From positions 31,600 through 95,599 of the forward strand of contig DAOUIY010000043.1 of NCBI GenBank assembly GCA_034423215.1: DNA of 64,000 nt, in the 5' to 3' direction. Made by a program: the position numbers and the translations under genes. Positions 35,242-44,411 of this stretch are shown piece after piece (position 1 is the first letter of the stretch; every line of letters starts with the position of its first letter). The notes beneath the pieces are model-generated. The model saw only the letters and a list, made by a program, of their open reading frames with translations, ran no database searches and was not told the DNA's origin. This DNA comes from Dehalococcoidia bacterium (GTDB lineage: Bacteria; Chloroflexota; Dehalococcoidia; Lucifugimonadales; UBA3495).

Positions 35242-35460
35242 GTGGGAACATTGGCATCACTGGAAGAACGAGTAAGCTTTCTTGAAGGGGCAAATACGTC
35301 GCTGGCTACCAAGGCGGACGTTGCCGAATTAAGGGCAGAGCTGAAGGCGGACATTGCCAGAGTCGAAACTACGATCATCAAGTGGATTGTAGGAACGATG
35401 ATTTCCTCTGTGGCGGTGGCATGCACATTGACACTGGTGATTGACCGGCTTCTTGGCTAG
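35242..35460 (+). CDS. small coiled-coil protein with a C-terminal TM anchor
   Basis: 72 aa with a GTG start. LEERVSFLEG...ELRAELKADIARVETTIIKWIVGTMISSVAVACTLTLVI. The architecture is DUF1640/XhlA-like. Confidence 0.5.
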   Translation: MGTLASLEERVSFLEGANTSLATKADVAELRAELKADIARVETTIIKWIVGTMISSVAVACTLTLVIDRLLG

Positions 35461-35498
35461 TCAAAATTGGCCACCGCTCCAAAGGGTTTTGACACGAA

Positions 35499-35531
35499 GA
35501 CCGGGATGTGCGCATGGCACACATCCCGGTC
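35499..35531 (-). terminator. 12-bp perfect hairpin downstream of the moeA operon (no clear U-tract)
   Basis: GACCGGGATGTG...CACATCCCGGTC. Confidence 0.35.
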
Positions 35532-35582
35532 AAATTAGTCTGGCAAGCCGGGGGCTCAGCGGCGCCGGCACGGGGTAAGTCT

Positions 35583-36008
35583 TCACACCCTGGCGAAACC
35601 GTAGTAGTTGTCGCTGTCCATGATGCGCTCCAGGCTCTTGAGGGAAATGTTGATGGGACGCACTGGCGTCGCCCAGCGTTCCGTAAGCTCGTGGTGCAGT
35701 TCGGTCAACGCCGTTGGCTGGTTGCGTCGCACCAGCAGCATCCGGAACACAATCTCCTGGATGGGCATATCGGAGTGGATGAAGTCATCCTCCGTGGCCG
35801 AGTATTCTGAAATTTCCTCCAGCAGTTCCTGGGGATTGCTCAACTCATGGTCCGGCTGGAGCATGGATGGGGACATATCGCCCCGCCGGGCTGCCAGCAA
35901 AGTAATGGCCGAGCGGTTGAGTCCTTCCAGCCGTTCAAAGCTGATGCAATAGCTAACAGTGGCTTCTTCCTCCTCCTGAATTGGAGCCTCCGGGTTAGGG
36001 ACCGTCAT
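35583..36008 (-). CDS. hypothetical acidic protein translationally coupled to moeA
   Basis: 141 aa. Its ATG overlaps the moeA stop (ATGA at 36005-36008). I recognise no family. Confidence 0.55.
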   Translation of the reverse strand: MTVPNPEAPIQEEEEATVSYCISFERLEGLNRSAITLLAARRGDMSPSMLQPDHELSNPQELLEEISEYSATEDDFIHSDMPIQEIVFRMLLVRRNQPTALTELHHELTERWATPVRPINISLKSLERIMDSDNYYGFARV

Positions 36009-37429
36009 ATATCTACCTCTTCGTTCCAGTCAAGCATGATAATTTGCACTGTTTCGCCCGTGCCTTTTGAGGGCAGGTCCTCCGGGCATATTGCCAGGGC
36101 ATTGGCCCGTGACATGGACGTCAGGATGTTGGACCCCTGCGGTCCCGTCGGATTGGCCAAATATACGCCATCCCGCTTTTCCACTTCCACCCGGGCGTAA
36201 ACCCGCCGTCCATCGGTATTGTAGATGGGGTCGGTGAGGACGCCCTCCACCATGGGCCGGGCCAGGCGCTTCCGGCCCAGCATGGTGCGAATGGCCGGGC
36301 GGGCGAACATTTCAAAGGCCACCATGGCGCTTACCGGGTTGCCCGGTAGCCCCATCAGCGGGATGGGACGACCCGTCCCGTTGACCGGGTCGCCTCGCAG
36401 CATTCCGAAGGCAAGCGGCTTGGCAGGCCGCATACGGACCGACCAGAAGTTGATGTCGCCCCGCTCCGTCAGCACCTCCTTGACCATGTCGTAGTCGCCC
36501 TTGGAAACGCCGGCCGAAGTCACCAGCAGGTCTGAGCCGGCCACCTGCTCCAGCCTGCGGTGCAGGTCGTCCAGGTTATCGCGGGCGATACCCAGCACCT
36601 GCGGAACGCCGCCGGCCGCCGCCACCGAGGCCGCCACGCTGAAGCTGTTGCTGTCGTAAATCATGCCGCCGCCCAGTTCCTCGCCCGGCGAGGCAAGCTC
36701 ATCGCCGGTGGAGAGGACGGACACCAAGGGCCGCCGGATTACCCTCGCCTTTGCCAGGCCCAGGGAAGCCAGGACGCCCACTTCCGCCGGGCGTATGACC
36801 GTACCCGCTTCCAGGACAAGCTGTCCCTGATGCACGTCTTCACCGGCGGGGCGCACGTTGCAGCCAAAGGGCAGGTCGGCCTGAATGTCAATGTCGGTCA
36901 GGGGCCTGCCGGAGGCGCGGCGACTGATTTCGTCCGTTTCCTCGAAGGGCACCACCGTATCGGCGCCGGAGGGAACCGGGGCCCCGGTCATAATTCTTAT
37001 GGCAGTACCCGGCACAACCGTCTGATCGGAAACCTGGCCCGCCGCCACCAGCCCTATTACAGTCAAGTTGCGAGGCGATGATTCGGAAGCGCCGGCAATA
37101 TCATCCCGCCGAACGGCATAGCCGTCCATGCCCGAGTTCGCCAGGGGCGGCAGGGCCAGGGGAGAATGAACATCCACGGCAAGAGTCTGCCCCACGCAGT
37201 CCAGGACAGGCTTTTCCTCCACCTCCAGGGGAGCGAAGCACCCCATTATCTGGCGGTACGCCTCTTCCACTGAAAGCATATCCTCGTCAACGTGCCGGTG
37301 ACCGTGATCGTGCGCCGGCGGCGCGTGATGGCCGTGCCCCCCGTGTTCATGATGACCATGATGCCCGTGGCGACCCTGTTGACTATCTTGACCGGAGTGT
37401 TCGGGGTGTTCGTGCGACGAATTCTGCAT
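36005..37429 (-). CDS. moeA: molybdopterin molybdotransferase MoeA with a His-rich N-terminal extension
   Basis: The core from MLSVEEAYRQIM... onward is typical MoeA. ATG 37429 has AAGGA upstream and adds ~50 aa (HEHPEHSG...GRHGHHGHHEHGGHGHHAPPAHDHGHRH). Confidence 0.9.
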   Translation of the reverse strand: MQNSSHEHPEHSGQDSQQGRHGHHGHHEHGGHGHHAPPAHDHGHRHVDEDMLSVEEAYRQIMGCFAPLEVEEKPVLDCVGQTLAVDVHSPLALPPLANSGMDGYAVRRDDIAGASESSPRNLTVIGLVAAGQVSDQTVVPGTAIRIMTGAPVPSGADTVVPFEETDEISRRASGRPLTDIDIQADLPFGCNVRPAGEDVHQGQLVLEAGTVIRPAEVGVLASLGLAKARVIRRPLVSVLSTGDELASPGEELGGGMIYDSNSFSVAASVAAAGGVPQVLGIARDNLDDLHRRLEQVAGSDLLVTSAGVSKGDYDMVKEVLTERGDINFWSVRMRPAKPLAFGMLRGDPVNGTGRPIPLMGLPGNPVSAMVAFEMFARPAIRTMLGRKRLARPMVEGVLTDPIYNTDGRRVYARVEVEKRDGVYLANPTGPQGSNILTSMSRANALAICPEDLPSKGTGETVQIIMLDWNEEVDI

Positions 37430-37525
37430 AATTATTCCTTGCCGGCTCTCCGGCAGAAATTTGGTCGGATGGCGGCGCCCGGCACTTCTGCCCTGCGCCG
37501 CCCAATGCGTGCCTGTAAAGGAAGG

Positions 37526-39943
37526 TTACTGGTCTCGAAGAACTGCCCCGGTATCTCGCTGCAGGGTCCGCAGCAGTCCCTCCAGGGTCCGGTTGACCTC
37601 ATCCGCGGTAAGGGTGCGGTCCGGCGCCTGGAAATAGACGTGAAAGGCCAGCGACTTGAGCCCGGTTTCCAGGTTTTCGCCGGCATAGACGTCGAATAGC
37701 TCCACCCGGTCCACCAGGCGGTGACGTTCCAGGATTTCCTGCACTTGGCCCGCCGGCACGTCCTCCGGCGCCAGCAGGGCAACGTCACGGTTGGCCGACG
37801 GGAAACGCGTTAGCGAGCGGAAATTGCCGCCGGACCGCTCGGGCAGGGCCAGCAGGCTGTCCAGGTAAAGCTCGAACACGGTTGCCGGACGGTGCTTCAG
37901 GTCGAAGTTGTCCGCCACCGTGGGATGGAGTTCACCCAGGACACCGATTAGGGCGCCGTCGCACAAGATGCGGGCACACCGGCCCGGGTGCAGGGCCGGT
38001 ACTTCTTCCGCCGGGGCGGGCTCCCACACGGGCGTCACCCCCAGGAAAGCCAGGGCCGAGGTGAGCATTCCCTTGACATCGAAAAAGCCCAGCGGCCCAT
38101 TGTCCACCAGCCAGGACGGTTCGGAGCGGAAACCGGCTACAATCCCGGCGGCCATCTCCCGCTCCACGGGAAGGTCATCGGCCCGGGGCAGGAAGACACG
38201 CCCCTGCTCAAAGAACCGGAAGGGCCCCTCGTTGTGCCCTTCATTGTAGGACAGGGTGTTCAGCAGGCTGACCAGCAGGGTGGGACGCAAGTAATCGCTG
38301 TCCGAACTCATGGGATTGGCCACCCGCAACGGGCTGAGTTCTCCGGCAACGTGGTTGACCTTCTCCAGGCTTTCCAGGTTTACCAGGGGGTAGCTGATGG
38401 TTTCCTGGAGACCCGCGGCGGCCAGCGCCTCTTTGACCCGGCCCCGCAGTTCGGTCATGGGGGCCGGCTGGCGGTAGGGTATGGGGGTGGACAGCATGGT
38501 GGTGGGCACGTTGTCGTACCCGATGATGCGCACCACCTCTTCAATCAGGTCTTCCTCGATGTTTATGTCGCTGCGCCAGTAGGGGGCTGATACTTCCAGG
38601 GAGGACTCCCCGGTACGTTCAAAGCCAAATTCCAGGGAACGGAATACCTCTTCCACCTGTTCCAGGGTAACGTCCATGCCCAGAATCTGCCGCAAACGGC
38701 GCAGGGTCAGCGGCACCGTCGGCCTGGGTTTGTCGGCGTCCGGGTAAATGTCGTAGATACCCTGGGCGATGGTCCCGCCGGCTACTTCCTGAATAAGCTG
38801 GGTGGCCCGGCGCAGGGCAATGGGGGCCAACTCCGGCCGCAGTCCCTTCTCAAACCGCTGGGACGCGTCGGTATACAGGCGGAAAGTGTCGGCGGTGCGC
38901 CGGTTGTTGTAGCTGTTGAAGGTAGCCGATTCCAGCAGTACCGACGTGGTTTCCGGGCCGATTTCGCTGTTGGCTCCTCCGATAACCCCTCCCAGGCCGA
39001 TGGGGTCCCGGGAGTCGGCGATTAACAGTACCTCGGTATTCAATTCCCGGGGCACGCCGTCCAGGGTTTCCAGGGTCTCCCCCGGGGCGGCGCGGCGGAC
39101 GATTACCGTCTTGTCCCGCACCTTGTCCAGGTCAAAGGCGTGGAGGGGCTGATTGAACTCCAGCATCACGTAGTTGGTTACGTCCACCACGTTGCTGATG
39201 GGACGCAGGCCGGCGCGGGTCAGCCGGTCTTGCAGCCACTGGGGAGAGGGGCCAATCTTCAGGCCCTGAATCAGGCTGGCGGTGTAGCGGTGGCACAGGT
39301 CCGGGTCGGCCACGGATACGCTGGCCTCGCCGGCAATAGGGGGGCCATCTTCGCTGTAGCTGGTCTCCGGCACTCGCACCTTCCTGCCGGTAAGGGCGCC
39401 TATTTCGTGGGCCACGCCCAGGATTGAGAAGCAGTCCAGCCGGTTAGGGGTGACCTCCAGGTCCAGCAGGGTATCGCCCAGGTAGTCGTCCAGGGGCATT
39501 CCCAGGGGGGCGTCGTTGGGGAGCACCACTATGCCCTCGTGCCCTTCGCCCAGGCCCAGTTCCAGCTCGGAACAGATCATACCCTCGGAAACCGCGCCCC
39601 GTATGCGCGCGGCCTTCAGGGTTTCATGCCTTTCGCTGTGGGTATTGTATAGGCGGGCGCCGACCCGGGCAAAGCATATCTTCTGGCCGGCGGCCACGTT
39701 GGGCGCGCCGCAGACCACTTCCATCTCGGAACCGTCGCCGGGGTTTACGCGGCAAAGCTGCAGGGAGTCGGCGTTGGGGTGCGGGTTGACTTCCAGCACC
39801 TCCCCAACGCAGCAGTTTTCCCAGCCGCCCAACTCGGTAACTTCCCCGACCTCCACCCCGGCCATGGTCAGCCGGTGGGCCAACTCGTGGGGCGGCAGGT
39901 CAATGTCCACATATTCCCGCAACCAGCTTAAAGGTATTTGCAT
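37526..39943 (-). CDS. pheT: phenylalanine--tRNA ligase beta subunit
   Basis: 805 aa. MQIPLSWLREYVDIDLPPHELAHRLTMAGVEVGEV, and B3/4, B5 and FDX-ACB regions. Confidence 0.95.
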   Translation of the reverse strand: MQIPLSWLREYVDIDLPPHELAHRLTMAGVEVGEVTELGGWENCCVGEVLEVNPHPNADSLQLCRVNPGDGSEMEVVCGAPNVAAGQKICFARVGARLYNTHSERHETLKAARIRGAVSEGMICSELELGLGEGHEGIVVLPNDAPLGMPLDDYLGDTLLDLEVTPNRLDCFSILGVAHEIGALTGRKVRVPETSYSEDGPPIAGEASVSVADPDLCHRYTASLIQGLKIGPSPQWLQDRLTRAGLRPISNVVDVTNYVMLEFNQPLHAFDLDKVRDKTVIVRRAAPGETLETLDGVPRELNTEVLLIADSRDPIGLGGVIGGANSEIGPETTSVLLESATFNSYNNRRTADTFRLYTDASQRFEKGLRPELAPIALRRATQLIQEVAGGTIAQGIYDIYPDADKPRPTVPLTLRRLRQILGMDVTLEQVEEVFRSLEFGFERTGESSLEVSAPYWRSDINIEEDLIEEVVRIIGYDNVPTTMLSTPIPYRQPAPMTELRGRVKEALAAAGLQETISYPLVNLESLEKVNHVAGELSPLRVANPMSSDSDYLRPTLLVSLLNTLSYNEGHNEGPFRFFEQGRVFLPRADDLPVEREMAAGIVAGFRSEPSWLVDNGPLGFFDVKGMLTSALAFLGVTPVWEPAPAEEVPALHPGRCARILCDGALIGVLGELHPTVADNFDLKHRPATVFELYLDSLLALPERSGGNFRSLTRFPSANRDVALLAPEDVPAGQVQEILERHRLVDRVELFDVYAGENLETGLKSLAFHVYFQAPDRTLTADEVNRTLEGLLRTLQRDTGAVLRDQ

Positions 39944-40012
39944 AAAGGTTGGTTCTCTTGGTTAGTTTAGGCCCGCCGTTCTGCCGATTCAGGGTATCCT
40001 GGATTCCTAAGG

Positions 40013-40543
40013 TCAGCCCAATATGGACCCAACTACCACCATGGCAAGGGCTGCCAGGAATGCTCCTATGGTGGCGATCAACAGCGTGGTATAACGCTGT
40101 TCCAATGCCAGCATCCGATTGCTTACGCCATCCATAGTCCTGATTAACGATTCCAAATTGACCGTAGCGCCAATCAAGAGATCATTGTGCTTGCTAACCG
40201 TCTCTTGAAGCGCGGTGATCTGAGCGGTGTTCTCCGCAGTTACAGCTTGAAGCGCAGCGATTTGTGCGGTGTTCTCCGACACCACGCTTTCCAGAGAACC
40301 TATTCGATTAGCGCTATCAGCACCAATGGCTTGCAAGGAATCAACCTGCCGCCCTACGCCATCAACTCTCCCGCTCATTCGTTCTAGTTGGTCTTCCAGG
40401 TGTTCCAGCTTGTGGCTATGGGCTTCCAGAGTGTTGTCCACAGCTCCAAGGCTGGTGCTAATGGACTCTATTCGTTCCATCAGCGCTGCAACTTGAAGGG
40501 TAAGGGTGTCAAGCTGTTCCTGGAAAGAGTTTGGAGTAGTCAT
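40013..40543 (-). CDS. coiled-coil protein with a C-terminal TM anchor, inserted between pheS and pheT
   Basis: 176 aa with a GGAGGAG RBS. Internal repeat ENTAQIAALQAVTAENTAQITALQ. C-terminal helix LLIATIGAFLAALAMVVVGSIL. The gene looks AT-richer than pheS and pheT. Confidence 0.6.
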   Translation of the reverse strand: MTTPNSFQEQLDTLTLQVAALMERIESISTSLGAVDNTLEAHSHKLEHLEDQLERMSGRVDGVGRQVDSLQAIGADSANRIGSLESVVSENTAQIAALQAVTAENTAQITALQETVSKHNDLLIGATVNLESLIRTMDGVSNRMLALEQRYTTLLIATIGAFLAALAMVVVGSILG

Positions 40544-40573
40544 TTGCTCTCCTCCATGGCCGCTGCCCGACGG

Positions 40574-41632
40574 CTAGAACTGCCGCAGGAAGCGCAGGTC
40601 GTTGGAGTAGAAGTGGCGGATGTCGTCAATGCCGTATTTCAGCATGGCGATGCGCTCGGGCCCCAGGCCAAAGGCAAAGCCGGTGTATTTTTCCGTGTCG
40701 TAGCCCACGCCGGCCAGCACGCGGGGGTGCACCATTCCGGCGCCAAGAATTTCAATCCACCCGCTGCCCCGGCAGATCCGGCAACTGCTATCCGTCCCTT
40801 CGCAGGAAAAGCAGTCAATGGACATGTCCACGCCGGGTTCCACGAAGGGGAAGTAATCGCAGCGGAACCGCACCTTGCGCTCCGAACCAAAGACGCGGCG
40901 GGCAAATTCGTACAGGGTGCCCTTGAGGTCGGCGAAGGTAATGCCCTCGTCCACGGCCAGGCCCTCAACCTGGTGAAAATGCCACTCGTGGGTTGCGTCG
41001 GTTGCTTCGTACCGATAAACCTTCCCCGGGACCACCAGCCGCACCGGGGGGGCCATGCTTTCCATCACCCGGGCCTGCATGGGGGAGGTGTGGGTGCGCA
41101 GCAGCATGGGCCGCTGCCCTTCCTCGTTTACGTAGTCCACCCACAGGGTATTCCACATATCGCGAGCGGGGTGTCCCTGGGGAATGTTCAGCATTTCGAA
41201 GTTGTAGTGGTCCCACTCCACCTCGGGCCCCTCAACTATGCTGAATCCCATGGATACGAAGGCGTCGGTAATTTCCCTGATCACCTGGGTAGTGGGATGA
41301 AGGCGCCCCGTCGCCACCGGACGTCCGGGGAGGGTTACGTCTATCCGTTCCAGGTCGGCAACCTGGGCCAGCCTGGCTTCGCTAAGCTGGCGGCTCCGGT
41401 TTTCCAGCCCCTCTTCAAGGGCCGTTTTGGCCCGGTTGCCCAGGGCGCCAACCTCGCGCCGCTGCTCCAGTTCCAACTGGGAAATACCCCGCAGGATACC
41501 GGTCAACTCACCGCGGCGGCCCAGAAAACGGACACGCCACTGCTCCAGTGACTCGGTATTGTCAATATCGGCGAGTTCCTTGAGGGCGGTCTGCGTCAGG
41601 TCTTCGATGGACTGGGCGGTGCTTTGCGTCAA
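40574..41632 (-). CDS. pheS: phenylalanine--tRNA ligase alpha subunit
   Basis: TTG start. [19 protein letters not shown], class II motifs, and FPFVEPG. Confidence 0.95.
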   Translation of the reverse strand: MTQSTAQSIEDLTQTALKELADIDNTESLEQWRVRFLGRRGELTGILRGISQLELEQRREVGALGNRAKTALEEGLENRSRQLSEARLAQVADLERIDVTLPGRPVATGRLHPTTQVIREITDAFVSMGFSIVEGPEVEWDHYNFEMLNIPQGHPARDMWNTLWVDYVNEEGQRPMLLRTHTSPMQARVMESMAPPVRLVVPGKVYRYEATDATHEWHFHQVEGLAVDEGITFADLKGTLYEFARRVFGSERKVRFRCDYFPFVEPGVDMSIDCFSCEGTDSSCRICRGSGWIEILGAGMVHPRVLAGVGYDTEKYTGFAFGLGPERIAMLKYGIDDIRHFYSNDLRFLRQF

Positions 41633-41688
41633 GCCGTTACACCTTTACCGAGAGGATGGGCGGGAAAAGGGATTGTTCCCGCCACGCC

Positions 41689-41717
41689 ATTATAGGATTC
41701 GTACCTATGCGGGTCAA
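41689..41717 (-). promoter_or_regulatory. putative pheS promoter
   Basis: Minus strand: TTGACC, a 17-nt spacer, then TATAAT. The leader hairpin GGCGGGAA...TTCCCGCC follows, ahead of the pheS TTG start. Confidence 0.5.
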
Positions 41718-41763
41718 GTTGACATTGCAGCCGCGCGGGGTCATGAGCGAACCGTTGATTGGC

Positions 41764-42843
41764 TCATCTGCTTGACTTTCCCTGCTTCAAATCCGGCAGG
41801 GCCTCCCTGATTTCATCCACGTGGACGGCGAAGAAAGTGCCAACGACCCGCTTGCCGCCGGCCGCCCGAATCTGGGCGGCGCGCACCAGTCCAATGACCT
41901 CGCCGCTGCTGTTAAAGACCGGCCCGCCGCTGTCGCCCGGGTCCACGGGCACGTCCATGAGGAGGTTGCTGACATCGTCGTTATCGCCAATATAGACCAC
42001 CTGGGAAAGGACGCCCCGATTGGCCGATGCAGCCCCCACGGTGCCGTCGTCCCGGGGAGAAACGGTGGAATAACCCAGGGCGAGCAGCTCCTGGGCTATG
42101 TCTCCCACGGGCACGTTGCCCAGGGTCAGGGGGAGGGCCCGGCTGCTCAATGAGACCTCTTCGGGGTCAAACGTGATGAGGGCCAGGTCTCTTTTCTTGT
42201 CAACGGCCAGCACCGTGGCGGTAAACTCCGGGTCCTCTCCCTGCCGGATGGTTACCGTGCGGTAGTGCTCCACCACATGCTCGTTGGTAATTATCAGGCC
42301 GGGTTCAATCAGCCACCCGGAACCCCGGCTGATCCGGGTCTCTATCATGAAGACAGAGTGCCAGGCGTGCTGGTGGATGGCCCGGAAGTCGGTGATGGGC
42401 TGGGGGGTGGCCGTGGGCTGCGGCGTGGGAGTGCTGGGAATGGTAACCGGCGTGGCGGTGGGAGGAAAGGTAACGGGCGTGGCCGTGGGCTGGGGCGTGG
42501 CCGTGGCGGGAAAGGCGACGGGTGTAGCCGTGGGCTGGGGCGTGGCGGTAGGCACGGAAGTCGCCGTCGGGGGCGCAGTGGCGGTAGCCACCAGCGTAGC
42601 CGTGGCAACCGGGGTAGGCTCAGGGGCGCGGGTGGCGGTGGGCTGGGGCGTGGCGGTGGGCATGGGAGTGGGAATTACCTGGGGCGTAACCGTGGGCATT
42701 GCATCCACGATGGCCTGCGCCCGTTGGTCAATGAGCCGGTTCAACTCCTCGTCGGAAGGGCCGCAGGCGGATAGGGAGAGGCTGACCATAGCGGCAAGCA
42801 AGAGAGCCGATAACCCTCGAGTTTTGAAAGAGTCTAGCCCCAT
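41764..42843 (-). CDS. trypsin-like (S1/HtrA-type) serine protease lipoprotein with a Pro/Thr-rich linker
   Basis: ATG 42843 (the track ORF extends to 42945). Lipobox LSLSAC and a long PT-rich linker. GSGWLIEPGLIITNEHVV (His), DLALI (Asp) and DPGDSGGPVF (Ser). Confidence 0.75.
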   Translation of the reverse strand: MGLDSFKTRGLSALLLAAMVSLSLSACGPSDEELNRLIDQRAQAIVDAMPTVTPQVIPTPMPTATPQPTATRAPEPTPVATATLVATATAPPTATSVPTATPQPTATPVAFPATATPQPTATPVTFPPTATPVTIPSTPTPQPTATPQPITDFRAIHQHAWHSVFMIETRISRGSGWLIEPGLIITNEHVVEHYRTVTIRQGEDPEFTATVLAVDKKRDLALITFDPEEVSLSSRALPLTLGNVPVGDIAQELLALGYSTVSPRDDGTVGAASANRGVLSQVVYIGDNDDVSNLLMDVPVDPGDSGGPVFNSSGEVIGLVRAAQIRAAGGKRVVGTFFAVHVDEIREALPDLKQGKSSR

Positions 42844-42892
42844 CGTTACAGTTACACTATCACGTTTAGCATTAGAGGCATGAAGAAGCACT

Positions 42893-44221
42893 CTAAGGAG
42901 GTCCCTCCAATTCCACCCTGACTGCGCTGTAAGTTCTGCCCCCAATTTTCACAACCACATCCTCGCCACTTTGCTCTCCTTCTAAGTGGCAGATTCCCCG
43001 ACCTGGGAGTTCATCCCAAGAGTACCAATTTCCGTTCTGCGTTACTCTCGTTACGCATGGCTTGTCATTACGAGACCTATTCCACCAAGAACCATTTTCG
43101 TACCAAGTTAAGAATGCTAAGAACGAACCGTCATCGTAGTGGGCTTCGGGTATTGATGGTGTTGGTGTAGGAAGTCTTATGTTATTGCCCGTCTTCAAAT
43201 CGTTAAATCGAGAGTAAATTTCTTCAATAGCAAGAGCATACCCCACATTTTCCAGATGATCCCATCCACACGTATTCATCCCAATAATTTTCCCATCTGT
43301 CGTCATAAGAGGCCCACCACTGTTGCCTGGATTGAGTGCTGCGTCGGTCTTGATCCAGTGTATTCCGTCTTGACAGGCGCCATAGAGAACTTTTGCGACA
43401 GAGACTACCCCGCCAGTAACAGTACGGCTTCCTCCTCCTTGCGGGTATCCCATGGCTATTACTTCGATTCCTTTGCTTACTTCAGTTGAAATGGTAACGC
43501 CCGCTCCCCATTGGTTCAGGTAATCCATACCATTTCTATATCCAGTTTCGGTCCAGTCAAAGTCATTCGGGCCAGTGTCGATAAGGGCAACGTCTGCAAT
43601 CTCATCAATTCCCAATACCTTAGCACGCGGAATGGTTATTCCTCTGTACCATCTTAGCTCGACCCACTGGTCACTTCCCACGACATGGGCGTTAGTAACC
43701 AAGTACCAATCAGATTCTTCTGAGGGATCTTGGATAAAAAACCCTGTACCTGAACCCTTGGAGGATAACACTAACACAATGTGAGGGTTCAGTTTATCAC
43801 TCCAGTCAGCTACGCTTGGTGTGGGCGTTGGCACACTGGTAGGCCGCTTCGTCGGTACTGGAGTAACGGTTGGCTGCGGAGTCGCTGTTGGAACTAGCGT
43901 TGGGATTGGTTGGGGCGTCGCCGTCGGTTGAGGTGTAGGAGTCGGCAACGGCGTAGGAAGTAACTGCGGAGTAGCCGTGGCAACCGGGGTAGGCTCAGGG
44001 ACCCGGGTGGCGGTGGGCTGGGGCGTGGCGGTAGGCATGGGAGTGGGAATGACCTGGGGCGTAACCGTGGGCATTGCATCCACGATGGCCTGCGCCCGTT
44101 GGTCAATGAGCCGGTTAAGCTCCTCGTCGGAAGGGCCGCAGGCGGATAGGGTGAAGGCCAGGCTGACTAGAGCCAGCCCGGCCATGAGCCGCAAGTTTGG
44201 AATTGTACCCGGTCTCCCCAC
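42893..44221 (-). CDS. paralogous trypsin-like serine protease lipoprotein with an extra C-terminal domain
   Basis: Same N-terminal module (LSACGPSDEELNRLIDQRAQAIVDAMPTVTPQVIPTPMPTATPQPTATR). GTGFFIQ...LVTNAHVV, DVALI and NPGNSGGPLM. A W-rich ~110-aa C-terminal domain follows. Confidence 0.75.
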   Translation of the reverse strand: MGRPGTIPNLRLMAGLALVSLAFTLSACGPSDEELNRLIDQRAQAIVDAMPTVTPQVIPTPMPTATPQPTATRVPEPTPVATATPQLLPTPLPTPTPQPTATPQPIPTLVPTATPQPTVTPVPTKRPTSVPTPTPSVADWSDKLNPHIVLVLSSKGSGTGFFIQDPSEESDWYLVTNAHVVGSDQWVELRWYRGITIPRAKVLGIDEIADVALIDTGPNDFDWTETGYRNGMDYLNQWGAGVTISTEVSKGIEVIAMGYPQGGGSRTVTGGVVSVAKVLYGACQDGIHWIKTDAALNPGNSGGPLMTTDGKIIGMNTCGWDHLENVGYALAIEEIYSRFNDLKTGNNIRLPTPTPSIPEAHYDDGSFLAFLTWYENGSWWNRSRNDKPCVTRVTQNGNWYSWDELPGRGICHLEGEQSGEDVVVKIGGRTYSAVRVELEGPP

Positions 44222-44257
44222 TTGAACCTGCCTGCCTTAACCTACCTGCCCCAGGGC

Positions 44258-44383
44258 GTGTCGTTAAAAGCGCCGCCATTTCTGCGCAGGCAGGAATCTC
44301 GACTCCGGCCTATCGAGGTTCCTGCCTTCGCGGGAACGACGAAAAGGGACAGCCGAAGACTTCTACCTTCAATTTGACGACAC
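44258..44383. mobile_element. 126-bp MITE-like element (inverted copy of 23921-24047)
   Basis: GTGTCGTTAAAAG...AATTTGACGACAC termini. Its reverse complement aligns along the whole length of 23921-24047. Confidence 0.7.
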
Positions 44384-44411
44384 CCGCTGATGTGCGCGCA
44401 CCAATAGGCGC

